Source: Calcarisporiella thermophila CBS 279.70 (Eukaryota; Fungi; Calcarisporiellomycota). Taken from it: a DNA stretch of 64,000 nt. Made by a program: the position numbers and the translations under genes. Below the pieces are notes generated by a model. It saw only the letters and a list, made by a program, of their open reading frames with translations, did no database searches and was not told where the DNA came from. Location: NCBI RefSeq assembly GCF_041956535.1, contig NW_027192202.1, positions 110,018 to 174,017 on the forward strand. Direction: 5' to 3'. Shown here piece by piece: positions 24,471 to 36,523 of this stretch. Every line of letters starts with the position of its first letter. The stretch's first letter is position 1.

Positions 24471-27400
24471 TTACTCGCCCACGACAGAATTAGCCGAGGA
24501 TAAGGGAGGTGTAGGAGCCTGCCCTACCTCTCTCTTTCCAACGTCGAAAAGCCCCGGAGAATACCCTCTGCTGTTCCCATTTACAAACGCATCCAGAGAC
24601 GACCCATATCCACTGGGCGAAGGCGACATCCAGTACTGCTCCCCCTGATAGCCTGCCCCATGTTGGGGCTGGGATGCCTGGGAGTCGGCGGGTTGTAGTT
24701 GTGAGTGTAGATGCTCCTCTAGGGCGGGATTGGCGCCGAGCTCATCCAACACGCGCTTATAGGCCTGCACGTGACCCACCCCCAGTCGCTCCACCACTCT
24801 TTTCAGCAAGCTCGCCGCCGCTGCGCGCCTTTCGGGGTCCAGCAGACCCAGCGCACGGTGTACGATGCCCACGCCGTGCACGGGATCGCTCATGGCCTCG
24901 CTCAGCACCCTCTCCTCGAGCAACGTCTCGACCACCTGATCCCGGACGGGGTCGCTCTCCGCCTCCCCAATGAGCTTGGCCACCGTCTGCGAGGCAAGCT
25001 TATGCGTGCACAGATAGCCCAAATTTCCCAAGAGCCGCTCCGCGAGCATGCGCCTGCCCGCCCCACCTCCAATGTCGTTCTCCAACACCCAGCTCAACAG
25101 GAGAGTCCCGTTCGGATTCGTCACGAGAGCCAGCCCGGTGCCGATCACCGCGGCAGCCACCTGCTTCTTCTGATCCGGGGTGGTGAACGTGCTCTCCAGG
25201 CAGGTGCGCATCGCGCGCGCACCAAAGCGGCCCTGCGCGATTTCCCACGTGCGATCGACCATGGCGTCGAAGGCGTATTGGTTGTGCGCAGGCCCAAATT
25301 TTAGGGTGCACTGCACGACGTAGTTGCCGAACTGGTCAAGGAGCAGGGAGGGGGCATAGGGTTTGAGATGGGTGCTGATCAGAGAAATCTAAAGAAGGGA
25401 GGAGGAAAAAAAAAAACATAAGCCCGATCCATGGATGAATACCACCCTTGCTAGTGGGGAAGAGCTGTTCGACTCACCTGCTCGGGGGTGCGTGCACACT
25501 CGATGATCTTCTGGGCCGCCCACGTTCCGTTCTTGTGGATCCCTATCATGGCCAGATGCGGCGCAATGCGCTCCAGCATCTTCGTCTTGGTTGCTTCACT
25601 GCATTTGTCGAAAAGGCGTTGGATCACGGTGTTTCCAATGTAGTCGCTGCACAACTCCACGATCTCGGGGAGGCACTCGTTCGCCATGTCCTCGACTTCG
25701 GGGGGCGAGCACACCGCGCTGTCGAGCCGCTTGCGCATCTCCTTCAGACGGGTCACATCGACGCGTCGGGACAAGCTCTCGGGTGGCACGGAGGGGATGC
25801 TCGTCTTGTACTCATAGGCGCCGATGTCGCACGCCTCCTCCCCGGTCGTGGCCTCGGCCCCACCCAACTCCCGCAGTAGCTGGGTGTACTCGCGCGAGCG
25901 TCCCTCGGCGTTCATGCTGCTCAGCGCGGCCACGTTGGCTTGGTACGCCCCTATTCCGCCCCAGCGCTTCTTCTCCTCCTCCACCGAGCTCGAGGGCAGG
26001 ACGGAGGGCGACGGCGGCTCCTTTGCGAAACCAATTCTAAGCACCGCGCCGCTGACCCCGAACAGGTCTTTGCCCATGACGCTCCGCCTGGCGAGCACCG
26101 CGTCCTCCGTCCGCGTGAAGTTCACAAACCCGCAGTTCTTGTGCGTCAGCACTCTCGCGCTCTCCACCTGGCCGAAGGCGGAAAACACGGCGCTGAGGTT
26201 TTCGGGCGTGGTGTTGGCGGGGATGTTCCCGATCCACAGGGCTCGGGTCGGCTGCTCCGTCACGGGGTCCGACTTGCCGAAGCCCAGCCGGACCACGCAC
26301 TGCCCAATCCGCCCGCCCATCCGATGCAGGATCTCGTCGCGCGCGCTGATGGCATCCTCCACCGTGGCAAAGTGCACGAAGCCGCACTCTTTGTCGGGGA
26401 GAAGCTTCACGCTCTCGACGGGCCCCAGGCCGGAGAAGATCTGGCGGAGGTCGGCGGTGCTCAGGGTGGGGTCCAGGTTCCCGACGAAGAGGGTGCGGGA
26501 GGGGGTCTGCGACATGGAGTTGCCCGTCGAGGCCGCCGCGGCGTTGTTCAGCGGGTAGGCCTCGAAGGGGGAGGGCGCGCGCTGGATGTAGGGCGAGCTC
26601 ACCTCAGCCATAGGGCCCGCGCGGCTGGGCTGGGGGTATTTGGGGTAGGGCTGGTGCTTGCCCTCCACCACCCCGCTCACCAACAGGCCCAGCAGCTCGT
26701 TTCCGCCCATGCCGTTTTCCACGGCCTGCATGCCGTACTCGCCGCCAGAGGGGGGCGACAAGTCCCCGCCGGAGGAGGGCGACGCGTCCACGTAGGACAG
26801 ATCGGGGGGGTTGGGCGAGTCGAGGATGCCCACCGAGATGGCCCTGGGGCGTAGCAAGTGGTGCAGGCGACTCATGACCGAGGGCACTTGCGAGTGCAGG
26901 TGGGCGGCCGAGTCGTCGTCCTCCACCGCCTCGCACTCTGCCGCGGCCGCCTCGCGGTAGTACTCGTCCTCGTAGCGGTTGGTGGCCGAGGTGGAGAGCG
27001 AGCGCAGGCGGTGGGCCATCTTGATGCGCAGGAGCGGGTTGTGTGTTTCCTGGGGGGGCATGGCGGTGGGGCTGGCCAAGGCCTGCCCGCCGACAAAGGA
27101 ATATTCCGCCTGGCCGGCGTCCACCTTCCCGGCTCGGGGGCTGAGGGGGTCCTCCAGGCCCAGGATGTTCAGAGTGCGCGCGATGGAGTTGGCGCTCTCC
27201 TCGGTCAGCTCGCCGCCGGGGGTGGTCGGGGTAAGGGTGCTGGGCTCACGCTCGGACCAGGCGAAGATGGATGGTCCAAACGCCTTCGAGATGGTCGCAC
27301 TGGGGAGGGTCAAGGATCCGGAGCGGAAGCGCGTGGAAATGGAGAGGGGAGAGGGTTTGCGTGCAATGGAGGATGCATGCGGCACGGGCAGAGATGGCGT

Positions 27401-27691
27401 CGGCTGCTGCTGTTGCTGTTGTTGCGGGTGGTGGTGGGGGATGACCACGGGGATGGAGGTTCGCGATGGCATGGTGTCAGCACGAGGGCGACGCAGGCCG
27501 GAGAGCGCGGGAGACACGTAGGGCTCCGCTGCGAAGCTGGGGCTGGCAGGGGTGCCATTGGTGGAGGCAGAGTTCTCGACGGATCGCCGAAGCAGATCTA
27601 GATGCGACACGTGAGCTGACGGCAAGAGGGGAGAGATTAGAGGCTCTGGCGGAAAACCAGGGGAAATCGCGGTTAGCTTACCCCCATTCAT
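24471..27691 (-). CDS. JSN1: RRM + Pumilio RNA-binding protein (Jsn1/Puf1-Puf2 type)
   Basis: Two RRMs (RTLFVGNL..KECGFVHF; RALWIGNI..KNCGFVNF) and PUF repeats (SDYIGNTVIQRLF, HKNGTWAAQKII, DQFGNYVVQC, GRFGARAMR, HKLASQTV). One intron at about 25390-25477. Confidence 0.92.
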
Positions 27692-29365
27692 GATGTCATG
27701 CAGCGGTACACCTTGGCAGAAAGGATAACAGCACGGACTGATGACAAATTAGCGAGGGCGAGGGAGAGGATTATCAACACAGTGAGGAGGGGGCGATTGG
27801 CTTTTGATTGGCAAGGAACAGGAGGGGCGGCAGAGATGAGGGCTTAAGGGAAATGGGGAGAGGGATATCGCAAGAAGTAGGGACAGGGCAACAGGAATCA
27901 ATAAAAAAGGAAATAAAAGATGGACTAGATTATTATTTGGAACCCACGGCTCTAAAAAAGACCAGACACAACTTCTGACAAAGGCTCCACTTTCCGATAG
28001 GCCATACAGGGCGCTTCTTCCAGCGGGGGGGTTTCGTTGCGAAGGCGTCGAATCAACCGGATGATGGCGGATAGCAGAATCGGCGCACGCGCGTTCAATC
28101 ACGCTGAAGACGGAGAAAGATGGAAGCAGGCGGAAAGCGGGGGAGCAACAAGCAATACCAGTCTGGAATAAGGAAAGGGATAATTGGGAAATTCGGACGG
28201 GTCGCCAAGAGGGAAAAAAAATAAACGGAAATTAAAATTCGTCCTCGCAAACCAGCTTTCGTTTCAGCTGCTGCATCCTCGCCTCCCTGCCCTTGGGCCG
28301 GCGTGGCCGCAGCGAGGATCCCGGGCTCGCGCGTGAGCGACCTCTTCTGGCTGCGTGCGGGCTTGCTGCAATTGCGCGCCCTCCGAGCTCTACTGGCCGC
28401 GGCCTCCCCAGAGCGTGCCCCTCGGCCTTTCCCTCCCCAGGCTGACGCTCAGCCTCTGGTTCCGGCGGAGGGTGTGGGCCAGAGTGCTTTTGCGCTTCGG
28501 GCCGGGCCATTCTCACGGGCGAAGCTGCACTGCGCGAGATTCCGCAGCAGACGTCCGGCCATGCAAGCGCCATTACAGTGCGCCAGATGGCTCCTTGGAA
28601 AACAGAAAACAGCGATTCGTGGAAGGCCGCATCCACAACCACACACGCAATCGCATACGCATGCGCATCTCCTCCACCTATATACCCCCCCCCCTGGGTT
28701 GACATTATCAGCGAGCACCGCTGGATATGGGAAATTCTCATGTCGATGGAATCGTGGTTACAAATCGATTCATCCCCAGGCTGGGCCCGTCCAATGGTGC
28801 GATCTGGCTGGATGATTCGCTGCATTCCTTTTATGCACCGTCGGCCAGAAATCTCGGATCCCCTAGGTTCCAAACCACTGCTTTGGGGTGCCCCTATATG
28901 CGTGTTACCTAATGCAGGCTGGCAGAAACCGGCCCTCAACAAAAATGCTTATCCATATGCGATGCCCTCTCCCGTAGGCCAAAAAGTATATATACATAAA
29001 TTCATATTCGATTTTCCTAATGGGCATGGATCCTAGTGCCCATCCTTCTTATCCTCTCCAGCTTTCTCTCTAGGCGAGAACATAAATCACGAGTGTAAGT
29101 GGACCCCCCTCCATCTGCCTTTTCTTTTCGCCCGATCCAGCCGAGCTGCGGGCCTCTCCTCCTCGATTCCTTCGAATTCATAATCCTTTCCATTAGCAAG
29201 TAAGAATCCCTGAATAGCAACTGACATTTTTGAGATATGACCATGGAGGGCATGGGATTGCCGCGACGTGTGGACACCAAATCGCCAGGCGATCCACAAT
29301 CTACCCCTTCTCACGCTTTCCCCCCTTCCCACGCACCGCCCGCCCCCGAGAATGCAGAGGGCACG

Positions 29366-30624
29366 ATGCGCGAACGCAAACACGTCCTACGATTCGAGGC
29401 GCCATGGCCCATTCATGGATTAGACTGGAGTCAGAGGCCCGGTGAGAGGGGCGGATGGCGACTTGCAATCGGTAGTCTGATCGAGGAACATGTGAATAAG
29501 GTAGAATGCAGTATTGCATTTATGTGTATGCTTTTCTAACGCGAGTATCTTGCACGGGGGGGCGGACGGACTCCAGATCCAAATTGTGACGCTCCCTGAA
29601 TTCACCGCGTCAAGAGACGACGCCCACGTTGATCTAGCGGTGCTCTCCGAGGTAGACCATGGCTATCCGGTCACGAAAATAGCCTGGGAGCCGTGGAAAG
29701 TAAAGACGCATTGCTAGGCGCCCCATATTTCCTTGCTTCATCTGGCTGACCTGTGTGTTCGTCTTGTATTAGGGTGGAGGTAGCTCCACGGATCTCCTGG
29801 CCACCACGGCCGAGGTGGTCCGCATCTGGGAACTCCCAATCTCCGGCGACGGAGAACTTACCCTGCGCACCTCTCTGTGCAATACCAAGTCCGAGTTCTC
29901 GGCCCCGCTTACGTCCATCGACTGGTGCGACGTGGACCCCTCTCTCCTGATCACCAGCAGCATCGACACCACCTGCACCCTCTGGAACGTCGAAACCGGC
30001 CAGTCGACCACGCAGCTTGTGGCGCATGATAAAGAGGTCTACGACGTGGGCTTTATGCCGGGGAGCAGAGACGTCTTCGCAAGCGTGGGCGCGGACGGCA
30101 CCGCGCGGCTCTTCGATCTAAGGGCCCTCGAGAGATCGACCATCGTCTACTCGTCGCCCTTCGCCCCCGCCAATGCCAGCGCCCTGCCCGTGATTCCAGG
30201 CGTCTCGCTGCTCCGACTGCAGTTCAACCGCGTGGAGGCCAACATGCTCGCCACCCTACATGTGGCCACCAACATCGTCCATGTGCTTGACGTGCGGCGG
30301 CCAGGTCAGCCTTTGATTGAGCTCCGTGGCCACTCCAGTCCCGTGAACACAATCGGGTGGGCGCCTCACCTGCGCAACCTGCTGGTTTCCGGGGGGGATG
30401 ATTCCCAGGTGCTCGTCTGGGATCTCGAAGACAATCAGCACAGCAACCATCCTTCCGAGAATGTGATGCTAGGGGCCCCCCCTCCTACCGCGCACAAGGT
30501 GATCAGCCACCCGATCCTGGCCTACACTGCGGAGGCGGAGGTGGATCAGCTCTGTTGGAGCAAAGTGCTTGCGGATCGCATGTGTATTAGTTTTGGTCGG
30601 CATTTGCAGGTTTTAAAAATCTAG
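29366..30624 (+). CDS. WDR68: WD40 protein of the DCAF7/WDR68/AN11 family (an alternative upstream ATG exists at 29237)
   Basis: APWPIHGLDWS, RLAIGS, HGYPVTKIAWEP, SEFSAPLTSIDW, TSSIDTTCTLW, TQLVAHDKEVYDV, FASVGADGTARLFDLRALERSTIVY. Confidence 0.92.
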
Positions 30625-31514
30625 CCCTTTATTATTATGTTGGTATGTGTTTCAACAGATGCCTTTTTTCCCTCCCCTTCTCCCCTAGCAACTCTGACTT
30701 CGATAAAGGACGCTTTACCCCCCCCCCCTTCTTTTTATTTCTCCTCTTTTTTATGTCTTCCTCTATTGCTTTTTATTTTCGTCGTTTCTCTATTATATAT
30801 TTCTACTTTCTCTTTGTTGATTGATATTTGCTAATCCTCTTATTTGTGTAGTTCTTCGACTGGTCCTTACACTCCCCTCCTACCCCCTCTTTCTTTCTTT
30901 GGATCAGCCTATTTCAAACTTGTAGTCTTTTCTATTTTTATCTAGCTTTATTTTTTATTTTTCTCTTAGAGCGGTATGGTTATAAAAAGATGGCAGCTAA
31001 GACTGGACATTCTTTCCACTTGAGCCCCTTGTCCCCAAAGCTGTGAGATTGAGTTTAGGCTTGGTGAAACGGGATAAAAAACGAGGCCATGGCTCCACAC
31101 TCAGCTTAGCTTTCTATACCGTTTCCGTATGCTTTGTTAGAGACGAGTTGGGAAACTCGTGGTAGCCTTCTCCATCCAAATGAGTAGAACTTCGAGTGGG
31201 GGAGGAGGGGGGGGGGGGCACGAACCAGGCTATGGATGGGAAGCCTCTCTTGGATTGGTCTAGCGGGAATGGTAAATCCGGAAAAGGGGGGAGGAGGTAA
31301 AGCATTCGGAGTGAGGACAGAGTGTACGACATGGTGGGCTTGCTTTATATTTAGATGGAAGGCTTTATTCGGAGCGATTTAATTAAACTAGTAGTAGAAA
31401 TCAAAGGGAGATGCATATGCATATATCACTGAAAATCAATTCCAATAGCAAAATAATAAATAAACAGCAAATAAATAGAGTATAAATTAACCCCCCCCCC
31501 CCCCCCAAGGGTGC

Positions 31515-33584
31515 CTAGAGAACAAGTCGGCCCAGCTTTCTCCACCTTCTCTTCCAACCTCCCGCCTCCGGCTCCTCGTGCTTTTCCAGTTCATTCTGCT
31601 CCTCGGCCGCCTGCAATTCCTGATCCTTCGCCAGCTCTCGTTTCCCGGCGTCCAAGTCGATCTCCTCCAGGGGAATGATCCGACTTCGCAACACCAACTG
31701 GCACACCCCCCATAGGAGCAGGAAGAAGATGGGCCCGGTGTACAAGAGGAAGAACTTCAGGGGCTGAACGGGGGGCAAAAAGGCGGAGTAGCCCTGCCCG
31801 AAGATGATCAAGACGCACAGGCCTAGGGAGTAGAGGTTGCCGTACGGGAACAACGGTCCCCGGAAGGGCAGGTCGTCCAGGCTACGGCCCTGTCGTTCGA
31901 ACGCCCGGCGGAAGCGGTAGTGCGCCCACGAGATCCCAGTCCATGTGACAAATCCGGCGAGCCCAGCCGTGTTCATGAGGAACGTGAACACGGTCTCCAC
32001 CGGCAGGAAGGATGTGAGGAAGGCAATGAAGCCGAAGAGGGTGGAGCAGCAGAGCGCCGCCACCGGCACCCCGCGTTTGTCGATCCATCCGCACCATTTC
32101 GGGGCAACCCCTTCCTTCGAGAGGGCGGTGAGGGTGCGGGCCGCCACGTAGAGGCAGGAGTTTCCGCACGAAAAGATGGTGATGAGGATCACCGCGTTCA
32201 CCACCGACGCAACCCCCGATATCCCGGCCTTGACGAACACCAGTGTGAAGGGGGAGACCGTTGCGTCGCGTTGGTGCCCCAGCTTGTCGAGGAGGCGCGG
32301 GTCGTTGGCAGGGATCAGGAGCCCAATGATGAAGATACAGAGGATGTAGAAAATGAGAATGCGGTAGAACACCTGTTTGACTGCAAGTGGCACGTCTCTA
32401 CGTGGGTTGCGGGACTCTGCTGCGGTGACGCCTACAATCTCGCTGCCCTGCATCGTGAGGCCAGCTGAGGACAACATCGGGTTAGAGGCGGTGGAATGAA
32501 AGCAATAAAATCAAGGGCATCCACTAACCAATGACCAGCACGTCAATGATCCCGAGAATTGGGTTCGCTCCAAATGCCCCTAAAATAGATCAAGATCGGT
32601 CAATGCCTCGTTCCGCTAACATCCTTGCGACATTGCAGCCCAACTCCCTACCTGGATCGCTCCAATACTTGAACCCCACCACCTCGCCTCCAATCACCCC
32701 TCCATCCGTGAGGACACCCACAATGATGAATACAATACAGGTCAACACTTTCACCAATGAGAAGATGTACTCTGCTTCGCCATAGATCCGAGCCCCGAAC
32801 ATGTTGAGGGCAAAGATGATGACGAGGGTGATCGCAGACCAGGCCCAGCTAGGCACCACTTTGGTCCAGAATGACATGATGATGGGGACGGCGGTCAACT
32901 CAATGGCGAGAATGGTGGACCAGGAGACCCAATAGTTCCAGCCAATGGCGGCGCCGAAGGATCGATCACTACAACATATCCGAGGGCGATGTGAACAAAG
33001 GAAGCGTCTTAATAAACGGCTTGGCAAGCCATTCTACTTACACGAATCGAGAGCAATAGGAGGTGAACGCCCCTGGGACTGGTATATAGGTGGCGAGCTC
33101 CCCAAGGGACATGGTCACAAAGTAAACGAAAGAGCCAACTAAAGCCACAGAGCGCATCAATGTTACTTTCTCTCCTCCTCCTCCTCCTTCATCAGAATAG
33201 GCAACCCTCTACTAACCTATCACATAGGAAATAAGCGCCCCAGCAGGCCCAGCAATCGCCACCGTTGCTCCTGAAGAAAGAAATAGGCCCTGTCCTATAA
33301 CGCCCCCAATTGAAATCATCTATGATGGTAAAAAAGAGGCCATTGAATTGACTTTCAACCCATTGGAAATGGAGAAAGGCCGGACATCCCGCCTATTCCA
33401 CCCACAAAAGAGACCACCGGCAAGTTCAGCAGCCACTATGCCCTATTACCTGGAGATGTCTCGAATGTAATGTCCGCTTGTAGCCATTTTGACTCTCCAC
33501 GCTCTGGTCGCCACCAGCGTCTTTGCCGTGCTCTTCGGGAACGACGACCACCGCCACCTCGAAATCCGGACTCTTCGATGCCAT
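31515..33584 (-). CDS. Amino acid permease (APC superfamily, YAT family)
   Basis: [10 protein letters not shown]|[62 protein letters not shown] and multiple TM helices. Several introns. Confidence 0.93.
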
Positions 33585-33870
33585 GATAGAAGAGGCCTTT
33601 GGCTATATCTAGTGCCGAGAAATGCAGAGAACCCAAATGTCAGTGTGCCTCGGGCGACGGAATGAAGGAGGGGATCAATGAATGGCAGCCAACAACAACC
33701 GATTTCATTATATCCATCCGGAAATTGAATTTATACCCTGACTCACAGGGTTCAGCCAACGAGGGGCCAGTCCGATGGGCTCATTTGATATTAAAATTTC
33801 CGAGCGCCCAAAAAGTTTAAGTTATTAACGGTTTTATTACTCCACTTGAATGCTCGAAACTTAAAATTCC

Positions 33871-36392
33871 TCATGAGAGCACCATCATATCGTCGATGTC
33901 GCCAAGATCCACCTCTTCTCCCTGCTCTCCCTCCCCCCCCGCTGTCCCCTCGACCCCCCCCACGCCAGGCTTCTCGCCCTCCACGTCGCCGGCCCCGCTG
34001 GGCTCGCCGCTGCCCATGCTCTGGCTCAAATCGCCTAGTCGCCGTATCAGCCATCTCAGCATGATCGGGACGTGGCCGCACGCTCTCAGGACTCGGGTTA
34101 GCTTCTCGGCCAGCGTCTGGTCTTCAATTCCGCTCACGTTCACCGTTGGCTCCCCGCCTTCAATGATGATGTTGAGGGTGACGGGCATGTCCAATAACAG
34201 GGTCAGGGAGAGGTGGCGCGGCGGGTCGGGGGTCTGAATGTCGATGGAGATGGTCGGTGTGTTCGACTCCTCTAATTAGGAAAATTAGTGGCTATTAGCA
34301 CCAACGAAGCAATCCTGATCAAGGGAGGGGAGTATCGGTAAGGGATAGCGTACCTTCTTCTTTTAGGGCATTATCGAAACAGCTTTTGAACAGCCAATTA
34401 AAAGCGAGCTGGTTCCTTAAGAGTCGCATCGCTCCGAACAGCTTCGCCGGGTGTTCCACAGGGATCCTTGTCAACATCTTGGTATTGCACAAGGTGCCGG
34501 CAAACGTGTATTTCTGGACGATGGGCGTGTCCGGAAAAGCGATAGTCCAGCGGTGTTTCGCATCCATAAGCCCGCTCGTCAACTCACTTAATGAAACGCG
34601 ATTACCGTTGAGAGCAAGGGCCTCTTGGAGAGACAATGAGCCAAAATCAGCGAGATAATCGGTCGGCATTTTGGCTGGAGTCCAATCTATTGAAAGACAG
34701 CGGGTTGGGACTAAATTGTTCTGCATTTTTAAATGGAATAAGCATTACCTTCTGACATCATTCCCATAAGGCCTCCAATTTCCGCTGCAACCCCATCCGT
34801 AACAAGCACGGGGGGATCCAAGATAACGACCACCTTGGCCGGTACTTGCAACGGTGCCTCTGCCGTGGGGGTCACAAATCGTAGTGGTTCCACAAAGCTT
34901 GGCGAAACGGTCTCCGTCACAATCTCGAGGTGCTGTCTAATAAACCAAGATCGTTTAGCACCGTTGCATTTAATTACGAATTGTTATTGTTGCTATTCTC
35001 ATATTACGTACCCTGTTTCACCAGCTTTGATGCTTTCCTCCGTTTCGTCGTCTCCCACCAAAAAATGCCGGTTAGCGGGGAGGGTTGGCTCCGCCTTGAC
35101 CGCCTCTTCTACACTGAAACATAGCCGGCTCATCTTTTCCAACCCCAATTCTTTATATTTCCCGCCCTCCACATTCTTCTTTACCGTCTCCCAGTCAGCC
35201 ATCACCAACGTCTCTTGTGGTGCCCAATAGGCGATACAAGGGCCAGGCTGTCTAAAGTGCATTAGAGGAATGCCATGCCCAGAGAGCAGAACTCGGCTCA
35301 AATCCTCAGCCGCGGCTGAGCACTCCTTGGTATAGATCGAGGAAAAGTCTGCGGAGAGATTCTTCATGATGAGGAAGAAGTCTGTGGAATTGACGCTTGT
35401 CAAACGATCTAATACAGCCAGATGGCCGAGATTTCGCTTGAATGTCTCTAAATCCAATGCTCTGCAAGCAATTAAAATAAAAAAGATAAACATAAATGCG
35501 TGCTACAGTTGGGAGGGGGAATGCAGCAAAATAGGCGAACATATATATACTTCAAATTCTCCAAGAGTAATTCGTCTACTCTTGCATCCTGATGGATTTC
35601 CGAGGCAAAGGATACCTTAACTTTCATCACCGTTCCCATGCTATCAATGTCAATCTAATATTAGATGAGCGCGTTTGCGTTAGTCCAAAAGGAACCCATG
35701 CTGTCCATCTGAACATTCAATTTACATCAACGACAATGATTTCTCCACCAATAGTCAGCGCTGTGACGGGTAATGAGATGTCAGGCCGGTCTACTGTTTC
35801 TATATAACTCATAAGTCTATATTCGATAGATAGGCGAGATTAATATCAAGCAACGTAAAGCCCGTCAAGGTATTCAATGCACCCCAGATCTTTCGCAATG
35901 CCTTCCAATCGCTTTACTATTTCCCGCCCTTTTACTTCGATTCCGGATCGCGTCGCAATCATTTCCTTGCACATTTGTAGTTGCTTTTCCATTTCTCCAA
36001 GCGCTGCACGCAGATTCGACCCCTCCTTTAAAATGACGGAGAACTTGCGTTGGTCTTGCTGAGAAATCTCAGGTGTCGCGTAAGTTTCTAGGAATTCATT
36101 GCAGGCTGTACGAATCTGGGCGAGACTTGTGAGGAGATGGTGACGGAGGGGTGCAGGATTTAGAGGACCGAGGGGATGCACGTCTAATGGGAGGAATGAA
36201 CAACGGGTCAAAGATGAAAACGGGATTCGCGCAGCTAAGCAATAATGACTTACGGTTTGGGGGGATAGAAGTAGTCGAGAGCGTGTCGTCAGAAAAGGGT
36301 GCGAGCTGCCATTGTTTACATGCATCTTCTAGTTGATACCGCGCTTTAGCCAGAAGAGACTGGATGTTGGGTGGCGACTGCGAGTCCCGCAT
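33871..36392 (-). CDS. MED1: Mediator subunit Med1
   Basis: VTALTIGGEIIVVD, FKRNLGHLAVLDRL, VLLSGHGIPLMHFRQPGPCIAYW, RIPVEHPAKLFGAMRLLRNQLAFNWLFKSCF match the fungal Med1 pattern. Multi-exon. Confidence 0.75.
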
Positions 36393-36523
36393 TATTCATA
36401 AGTCAGCTACGACTTTTCACGGGCAAAAAGCGATAACGCGAAAATTAAAAACTACAAAGGCCGTCACATCATAAATATGGAGACAAGCCACTCCACCTCT
36501 TTGTCCCTGACTCATTCAGAATA

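Noticed and set aside
24674-27693. Long plus-strand ORFs (up to 304 aa) opposite JSN1; similar ones opposite PCS60, the permease, the cupredoxin and TUP1
   Set aside because: Shadow ORFs expected from high GC and codon bias on the real strand; no recognisable domains.
27749-29036. ORFs of 115-236 aa in the JSN1-WDR68 divergent intergenic region
   Set aside because: Overlapping on both strands, no domain or consistent coding pattern; more likely GC-rich promoter or UTR sequence.
35607-35615. GTATCCTTT on the minus strand in MED1, resembling a U12-type 5' splice site
   Set aside because: It lies within an open reading stretch (VMKVKVSFASEIHQDARVDELLLENLK) that splices at a later GT donor, so it reads as coding.
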